Source of the DNA: the human T2T-CHM13v2.0 reference genome, Homo sapiens
Length of the DNA: 64,000 nucleotides
Strand: one strand, 5' to 3'
Assembly: GCF_009914755.1 (NCBI RefSeq)
Contig: NC_060935.1
Shown: positions 55,870 through 64,000 of the stretch, piece after piece
Position numbering within the stretch: the first letter of the stretch is position 1
Layout: every line of letters starts with the position of its first letter
Translations under genes and position numbers: made by a program
Notes under the pieces: generated by a model
Seen by the model: only the letters and a program-made list of their open reading frames with translations
What the model was told of the DNA's origin: nothing
Database searches by the model: none

Positions 55870-56755
55870 ATGAGGCAGCAACTTTGGCAGCCCAGCTCTC
55901 TGCTCCCCACTGGGCTGCCTTGGAAGTAGAGACTCTCACAGACCCTGAGCCTGTGACCCTCCCTATCCAGTTGCCCATCGTACTTTGAGTCATGGAAACA
56001 TCACCCCACAAGCTCAGCTTGGCTACCAAGGCCTCCCTAAGACAGGATGGAGCCAACCCTGGGCCCTCTGGGATATTCCACCTGTAGGAGGGGGTGGCCT
56101 TCTCATTCTCTCAGTCCCTTGCCAGATGCCAGGGTGCTGGAGGAGGTCATCCCTCCCCAGACCCCTTGGCTACGTGGGAAGCCCTTTGGTGTTAACTGAG
56201 TGAACACGATTGGGAGTTCATGGACTGTGGGAACGGCAACGTTAGCCATTGCATATGATGCCGCTTAGTGGAGAGCTGTTGCTTTCCATCCTTTAGCCAA
56301 GATGTCCCTGATGAAGGACAGGACCCAAGATAAAACACACTTGGCCAAACTTTAGGCATTTGTCCTAGCACTGGCTGTCCTGGCCAACAAAGGGTTTCAT
56401 CTTCACATTCATTATACACCTTTGGGCTATTACCTAAAAATGGTCCCCTTCAAGATAAGATATGACAGGAATCTCTTGCCTCACAGAGACCCAAAATATA
56501 AATCAAAATTACCTGCATCTCTCCGTATACATAGGCCACAATACAAGGTCTTGCTAGAACACTCCTTATTCCCTTCAGAGTTCCAGACACCACTGGTAGT
56601 AAGCAAGACACCCATTTCCACTTCTCAAGATATACCATGCTGGGCTTTTGGGAAAGGCATTCATTAGAGCTTTCACATCCCTGATAGGTCCCAGATAACC
56701 AGTTTACTTGAGAGACATAATAGTATCCTCAAACAACTCCTTTTAAAATTCCAAT
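55870..56755 (+). mobile_element. Degenerate class III (ERVL/MaLR-type) internal pol relic: connection domain, RNase H and integrase core
   Basis: Manual translation gives QLSAPHWAALEVETLT...LPIVL*V...HK, WEFMD, WRAVAFHPLAKMSLMKD...LAKL*AFVLAL, SKQDTHF and WAFGKGIH*SFHIP...LLERHNSILK. These are colinear with ERVL Pol motifs and contain stops and frameshifts. Confidence 0.75.
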
Positions 56756-57869
56756 CCAGCAAATAAATCCCTAAAACGAGTCTCTTTCTTGCCCCAGGTC
56801 TTGGCTTATTTTTACACATTTTCCATCTTGTCCCCATCCTGTAAGGGCAGGAGGCTGGATGGAGGGTGCATACTCTCCTAGGACCCATTAACCAGAGATT
56901 GTCCTGCTGGCCAGGCAGCTGCCCATGGGATATGGGACCCTTTTGAACCTAAACTTCCACTAAAAACAAAAACACAAACCTGTCAAGTGCAGCTGCCCAC
57001 CACTCTGGTGACTACGGTCTTATGATACTGGCTTGGGTGCTTTCCATAGATTTACAATCCAGAAAGACAAACCCTTACAGTGAGCCATTGTTTCAACCAA
57101 ACATTGCAGAAGCTGAAGACTACATCAACCCCAGTGGGCTCCCTTGGAAAGGATGCTCCAGGCCCTCATCCCAGATGACACTGTCCTGGCTTAGAAGCTT
57201 ACCCCAGGAGATGACATTGCCTCAGATGACATCCCCCAAACCTGAGACCTCACTGTTGGAAATGACCTCGGCCCCTGCACTGGAGACAAATTCACTCCAG
57301 ACACTCAGTCACCTCTATACATTTAAAATCCTTTGGATGATAACTGAGACATCCTGCCACTATATCCTCCTTCTAAATCCTCTCTGCCTGTCCCTTCTGA
57401 GTTGAGACACATTGGTTTCTGATCTCTGTCCTGGCCACACCCACTCGGGACAGCATCTGGCCACTCAATGGGACTCTGTCTTCCCTGAATGCCTCCTGTC
57501 TGTCTAGAGTCCACACAGCTGGGCCTCGCAGAGCCCCCCTCTCTGATTCCTGGACCTGAGTCACCAGACTTATTGGGGTCCAAAGCGGTTGTGGCCACAG
57601 AATCTCTTGGCCACTTCCATTCCCCGGGGGAAGTGGTGTGTTTTCCTACAAGATAGGGCTGAGCTTATCTGATAGGACTTCACCCAGGTCTAGAGAAACT
57701 GCTCATCTCTTCCAGACCATCTGCCTCCTGGATATGACTTGATCCAACCATATAATGATGCTGTAAAGGCACTAGTTTCTGGGGATGATAGATAATCTAG
57801 CCCTAATGGCCATTCTTCTAGGGGACTTACTGGGGATAAAGTCTGACCTGGAGAAGCAGTCCTAATGGT

Positions 57870-57915
<46 letters not shown>

Positions 57916-57933
57916 CAGATAGATAGATAGATA
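57870..57933 (+). repeat. (GATA)11 GACA (GATA)4 microsatellite
   Basis: Direct count. Confidence 0.97.
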
Positions 57934-57974
57934 GATCGATCTGTATCTACCTATCTATCTGGCCCTAATGGTTA

Positions 57975-58262
57975 TATATCTATATATATACATAGAGAGA
58001 GAGAGAGAGATCTATTATCTCTATGTAGAGATATGTATAGAGAGATATCTATATATATATACAGATATATATAGATATATGTAAAGAGATATCTCTATAT
58101 ATATTTACATAAATATATATATTTAAATAGATATATAGAGAGAGATATAAAGATATATATCTCTATATATATCTATATATCTATAAATATATATTTTTGT
58201 GTATATATATTTATATATATATAGAGAGAGAATATATATTTTTGCGTATATAATATATATAT

Positions 58263-58297
<35 letters not shown>

Positions 58298-58495
58298 AAG
58301 AGGTGGGGGAGGCAGACACTTTGGCAGCAAAGACCTTGTCTCTACAAAAGATATATATATATATTTTTAAATATATTTTATATATAAATCTATATATGTA
58401 AAAATATATATATTTATGTAAATAAATATTTATATAAAGAGATATATCTCTTTATATATATAGAGAGAGAGAGAGAAGGAGAGAGAAAGAGAGTG
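57975..58495. repeat. (TA)n/(GA)n compound low-complexity region
   Basis: Degenerate TA runs ending in GA runs, in two blocks. Confidence 0.92.
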
Positions 58496-58499
58496 ACAG

Positions 58500-58806
58500 G
58501 AGACGCAATCATGACACAATCATGGCTCATTGCAGCTTTGACCTCCGGGGCTCCAGTGATCCTGTCACCTTAGCCTCCTGTGTACCTGTATGGGCTCAAG
58601 TGATCCTCTCACCTCAGCCTCCTGTGTAGCTGTATAGTTGGGACCACAAGTGCACACCACCACACTTGGCTAAGTTTTAAAATTTTTTGTAGAGACAGGG
58701 TCTCACTTTGTTGCCAAGGCTGGTCCCAACTCCTGGGCTCAAACAATCCTCCTGCCTCAGCATCCCAAAGTGCTGGGATTACAGGCATAAGCCACTGTGC
58801 CTGGCC
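58500..58806 (-). mobile_element. AluJ-like, rearranged (internal 44-bp duplication)
   Basis: Reverse Alu with 58548-58591 repeated at 58592-58635. Confidence 0.85.
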
Positions 58807-59169
58807 CCTAATGATGACATTTCAGGTACTGGGGCAGGCCAGAGAAGAAGATACTTTTGAGCCTAAGGAGCCAGCTTCCCTCACAGCATCTGCACTGGCT
58901 GCTTAGACAGTGGGCCAGAGGGTCTGGGACTGGGAAAGCCCTGTGCCTTCCAGCTCTGCTGATGGGACCCCCTGGCAGCCAGGTGACCAGTGATGTCATG
59001 ATGGACGTGACCAGGTGCCCTCCTCTCAGACTCAGAGGGGCTGGGCTCCAGGACTCAGTTCTGTGCCCAGGGTGAGCATTCTTCTCTAAGGGTTGCCTCC
59101 ATCTCTCCATGGTTGGACCTCAGATTCCTGCTCCAGCTGAAAATATCTTCAGAGTGTGGCCCATCAGCC

Positions 59170-59360
59170 CCTGGGTATGGACTCTGGATCTGTTATGGGA
59201 TCCCTGGATATGTTGTTTTAACTCTCTGAGCCTCAATTCTCCTACCATTTGAATAGGAAATACAAAACCTAGCTTTAAGGTTGTTGTGGGATTTAAATGA
59301 GAGAATGCATGGAAGGCGACTTAGCTCAGTACCTGGAATACGGTAAGCACTGAAGTGTTT
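59170..59360 (+). mobile_element. MIR
   Basis: TTAACTCTCTGAGCCTCAATT...GGTTGTTGTGGGATTTAAATGAGA. Confidence 0.7.
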
Positions 59361-60559
59361 GATGACTGGGCACTCAGCAAAGTCTTGCTGAATGGGTGAA
59401 CATCCCTATACCATTTTATAGAACAGGAAAACTGAGGCCCAGGCCTGGGAAATGACTGGCTCACACCAGTGGCTAGGATCTTAAGAATGCTCAGAAATCA
59501 GAGCTCTGGCCACATCTCTCCCAGTCTTTGTTTCTTCCAAGCAGGCCCTTTCTGATTGGATTTTGGGGAAAGCTTTGGCCTCTTTGCCCACTTGACAAAT
59601 TCCAGAGAGTGTCTGGATCCACCCACACAGCTGTGAATGGACAGGCGTAGGGTAGGGGAGAAGAGACACAAATCTTGGCTCTCTCCAGCCCGTCCCTATT
59701 TCTGGACATTCTGGAAGCCACACCCTGTCCCCAAGCCTCTCTGGAAACCCTGGCAGCCTTATCTGCAGAGAGGAGGAGAAGAGGGTCTGGGGTCAGCCAA
59801 GGAATGTCAGAGGGAGGAGGAAAGCAGGTCAGAGAGGGATGGAGAATATACCACAGGGCCTCAGCCACAGCTCTTGAGCACTCGCTGTCCTCCCAGATTG
59901 CAGACAGCCAGCAGAAACTGGCTTCCAGCCCTGACCCTGTCCTGAAGATGCCGGGTGACCTTGGGCAAACCATTTCTCCTTTCTAGGCCTCAGTTTCCCT
60001 ATCTGTGGAATGAGAAGCTGAACTAGAGCAGGGGTCCTCAGTCCATCAGTAGGAAGCAGGGTTTCCAGAACAAGGCCCATGACCCCTGTGCCCCATGGGC
60101 CCCACTCCCACCTGCAAGTGTCGGAGAATTTGGCTGTGGTATTTCATGTATCATCCCTGCAAATCACAGGTACCATGGCAGGCAGGCGGATTACTCAACA
60201 GGCTTATGACACTCCTCGGTGACTAATAGATTCTTTTTCTGTTTGTGTTTTAAAGCCATAGCAATAACATTGGCGCCCAATAACCCCACTGAAATCACCA
60301 TTATTCAGCCTGCTGTACCTACACCATAAACAGACCAGCAAAAAATATCTCTCCTTAGAAAAGGAGGGCCTCTGCTTCTCTCGCAGGGGGACCAGTTTCT
60401 TTCATGATGAGGCTGGTGTGTGTTGGGAGTGGGGTGGATTTATGAACTGGTTAGAATCATAGGATTAGGTCACTCCTCTGGTCTCTTCCAGGTCTGACCT
60501 ACACATTGTACCTCATCAGAGGAATGGGCTAAGCAGATACCATCTTCCCTGTGAAAGTG

Positions 60560-60795
60560 GAAGTGTGGAGTTAAGAGCCCCGTGGGCAGGCAGACAGCCT
60601 GGCTTTTGGTGCCAGCTCCACCACTGGGTGGCTAGGTGACCTTGGGCAAGTCCTATCCTCTCTCTGAGCTCGTCTTATCTGAAAAAAAATGGGGAAACTG
60701 AGATGACCTTCCACTGGAGGTGGGGGGTAGATGGAAGTAATTCAGAGAAGCATGTGGCACAAGTCAGAGCTCAAAAACTGGGAGCTGTTGATATT
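60560..60795 (+). mobile_element. MIR
   Basis: CCAGCTCCACCACT...GTGACCTTGGGCAAGTC...CCTCTCTGAGC. Confidence 0.7.
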
Positions 60796-61351
60796 AGATA
60801 GATGTCAAACCCCTGGGCAGTGGGCAGCAGTCCAACAGGGTGGGGAGGGTTGGGACTGACAGGAAGGGGGACTTGATGGAGGGTCAAAACACCCAGGACG
60901 ACAAGTCAAGGGGTGGTCAGTGTCAAAGCCATCTGGTCTCTCCTTTTCTGAGCAGTTTTATCTGTCAGAACCACAAAGAACAAAATAGCCTAGCACAACC
61001 CAGTCTCCCCAGCATCTGCCATGCCGAATTGCTCACTGCTAAATTCTTCAGAGAAAGAGAGCAGGGATTATCTCCAGCTCCTCTTCCTTGTGGTGGAGGG
61101 GGCAGAGCAGGATCTTCCATGGTTGACCCCCCACCCCCAGGTCTCCTCTCCAGGATTCAAAGCTCTCTGGCATCCTTAGAAGCCCACTTCTTACCTGCCA
61201 TGGGCAGGAGGTGCTTGCCTCCATAACCATCCGCAGGCTCATTTCCCTCCATCCGTGGTTTTCCACCCTGTGGGCCCCAACACCCCCTTTACTATACTGA
61301 AATGATCTTCGTAGATAATATAGCCTGCCTCCACACACAATGAAAAAAGCC

Positions 61352-61546
61352 CAGTGGTGAGTTGGCAAACATTTAACAATCTCTGAAGGATTTTTTTAAA
61401 AAACTTAATTTATATCATTCGCCAACTTCTGTTGTGTAAATACTTCCATCATGACTGATTTCAAACCAACACGCTGACACAGAATGCGGAGTGGAGAGAA
61501 ATGAACACAGTCTGCTCTCATGGGACTTGGCTCCAGCGCAACACTG
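61352..61546. mobile_element. MER63-like hAT MITE
   Basis: Imperfect TIRs CAGTGGTGAGTTGG / CCAGCGCAACACTG; internal AAACATTTAACAA. Confidence 0.65.
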
Positions 61547-62209
61547 AATAAAACTGAAATGAAATACATGGAAAGGAACTTATAGTAAAAATACATATTT
61601 CTCTGTTTTCGTGCTCAGGGCTGACTACCCTAGAAGACTTAATAGAAGGGTCTGTATGGAGGCCCATCATGGTGGCAACTGCTGTGTGTGCACATGGGGC
61701 CAGGTGTGCCACTTTAGTCCTCAAACATCATGGGAAGCATTGCAATTAGTGATGTAATTTTTGTGAAATGGTGAACCAGTCTCTATAATGTTCTGAATAA
61801 AGGACTATCTTCCTTCAATTTGCAAGGTGGTTGTATTCTTGGAAAACTCAGGGTGTACTAGAATCATGCTAAAAATAATTTATGCTTATACATAAAACAG
61901 AGTTAAGCTAAAGACACAGGACTTTCATTCACCAAAATGTCCCACAAGATTTTTAAATGTCCCCACTTGCAAAATGCCAGTGGAGACCCTCAATCATCAT
62001 AACATTAAAACCCACTCCCGCAAATTGCCAGAACAGTCCTTTGGTGCGGTACTTGACACCTGTTGAGATCACTGCTACAAAGGCACACACCTCTTCACTA
62101 TAGGAAGACCACTCTCTAAGACCCCCACCATGCTGTGAGCTTTGCTAATTTGCTTATGAAGATGCTTCTACTTGGAATTCTGTCTTCCAAATTCTGACCT
62201 AGAGTTTAG

Positions 62210-62560
62210 CCACCCATCACCCATCCAACCATCCATCTATCCATCCATCCATCCCTCCACCATCCATCCATCCATCCATCACCCATCCATCCATCATCCA
62301 CCCATCCATCCATCCATCACCCATCCATCCACCATCCACCCATCCATCCTCTATCCAACCATCATCCATCCATCCATCCTCCATCCATCCATCCATCCAT
62401 CCTCTATCCATCCATCCATCCATCCATCATCCATCCATCCACCCATCCATCCATCACCCATCCATCCACCCATCCATCCATCCATCCTCCATCCATCCAT
62501 TCATCTATCCATCTACCCATCACCCATCCATCCACCCATCTATCCATCATCCACCCATCT
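62210..62560. repeat. Degenerate (CCAT)n simple repeat
   Basis: About 350 nt of CCAT/CCAC/CTAT units. Confidence 0.95.
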
Positions 62561-64000
62561 CCTCTGTGCCAGGCCCTGTACAGTACAGGGACTTAAGGAC
62601 CAAGGATGAAGCCAACCTGACTCCTATTCTCAGGGAGCTGTCAGGTAAGTGGGGAGTCAAACGTATAGGTAGACATCATAGACAATGACAATGCAATGGG
62701 CCAAGTGAGATGACAGAGTGGGGTGTGTTCGGCCATGTACCTTACAGGTAAGACTACCAGCTTTGGTCTTGAGCACCTGAGTTTGATCCTTACCTGGGCA
62801 GGTACTCATGGTGTGACCTCAGCTGTGTGGCTTTAATCTCTGGGCTTTGGTTTTCTCAGCTATAAAATCAGAGATTAAAAAACTCTAATATCCCAAGGCT
62901 GTTGTGCCAGTAGGTTGGGACAAAGATTCATGGTGGGTCCACATGTCCTGGTAGGGGTCTCAGAGAATCAGAATTGGCCAGTCACTGGCTCCTTCCTGGC
63001 AGACCTATGTAGCCAGCTGCTCTCACCTGATGGTATACAGGCTGTTCTGCGGCAACCAGGTTGGGCAAATTTCTGCTGACAGGACGATTCGTAGATTGAT
63101 TCAGAGTTCACTGAACTTCCAGGGCTGGCCCAGTGTCCTCACTGTGTCCTGGTCTGGCTAGAATGACCCTGCTCTGGGCGGGATGCTTGGCTGGGGGAAG
63201 GCGAATGAGTCAGTAGCTGCTCAGAGGCCCTTCTGGGGCCCGCCACTCACCAAGCCGAGCCCCTGCCCTGGGCCAGCCCCAAGTATCCAGTGACACTGGA
63301 GGACATCAAGATGATCAGACATTCCCTGACCCCAGGGAGCTCCCAGTCTGGTGGACAAACCATGGGCCCATCTCATCCTTTTAGCATGTCCATATTACCC
63401 CCAGTGACTTCCACATTGCTAGATGGCTAGTGGCTACACTTTTGTCCCCATCGCCTGTAACCTCTCAGCTGCCTCTGGCCCGCTGACCTCTCTCCTTTGG
63501 GGCCCCTGTGGCGAACGCCATGCTCCCGCTCAGAGGAAGACTCCCGACCGTGGTTCCAGCACTCCTCGGCTGCCCTACACCGCCTCAGGGAGGAGGAAAT
63601 CACCCCACTTCCCCATCTTCCCCCAGCCCCAGTGTGCTCCCCAGCCCCATGGCCTACAAAATAGCAAACAGCTGCTGTGACCAGGGCTGCCCAGACCCCA
63701 GGGGCCAGGGGGGAAGCGGGCCAAGGGGAACTTGGAGAAAGAGCTCTTAATAACATACCTTCCCCAAGCTGCTTCCAAAGAAACTTCTCCTCACAAATCA
63801 TTCCATAAACACTTAGCAGGCTCTCAGGAAAGCGTGCACAGCTCTCACCCGGCTATTAGGAGGCTCCTCACAACTAAATTGAGACCAGGCAGCAGAGGCC
63901 TGTGCCAAATCCCCCTTTCCTGCCCTCTTCCCACATGGCGTCCTCCCCCCACCCTGGGCCCTTCAGTTCCAAGGGCCAAGGTCTCCTCCCCTGCTGCTCC

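Noticed and set aside
56422-56667. VPFKI...YKSKLPASLRIH resembling a Gypsy integrase GPY/F module or a domesticated RTL gene
   Set aside because: It lies upstream of the D(35)E core, which is the wrong order, and the flanking motifs fit ERVL Pol. The region has stops and frameshifts.
62172-62609. (IHPS)n and (MDGW)n ORFs
   Set aside because: Translation of the (CCAT)n simple repeat.

Overview
Human (primate) genomic DNA at the 5' end of WNT11, consistent with 11q13.5; the location is inferred from gene identity, not from an alignment. The only supportable protein-coding sequence is the first coding exon of WNT11 (minus strand, 40-122, [28 protein letters not shown]...). It sits in a ~4.9 kb CpG island with two promoter-like modules, one at ~245-290 and one TATA/TCF/CRE module at ~4475-4665. 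A second CpG-rich island at ~28.4-30.3 kb holds a convergent pair of tRNA-Pro genes (AGG and TGG). The rest is intergenic upstream DNA dense in Alu, L1, L2, MIR, MaLR/ERVL/ERV1 LTRs, hAT MITEs and simple repeats, with several motif-dense candidate enhancers and CTCF sites. Nearly all ORFs in the six-frame track look spurious. I found no convincing new biological system. The most notable hidden structures are a fossil ERVL-type pol gene (RNase H and integrase motifs, ~55.9-56.75 kb), a templated duplication that rebuilt an Alu (49.4-50.1 kb), a long inverted repeat in a MER52-like LTR, and a tRNA-Pro(TGG) isodecoder with a compensatory stem change. Repeat family names are recognised by eye and need RepeatMasker/Dfam confirmation.
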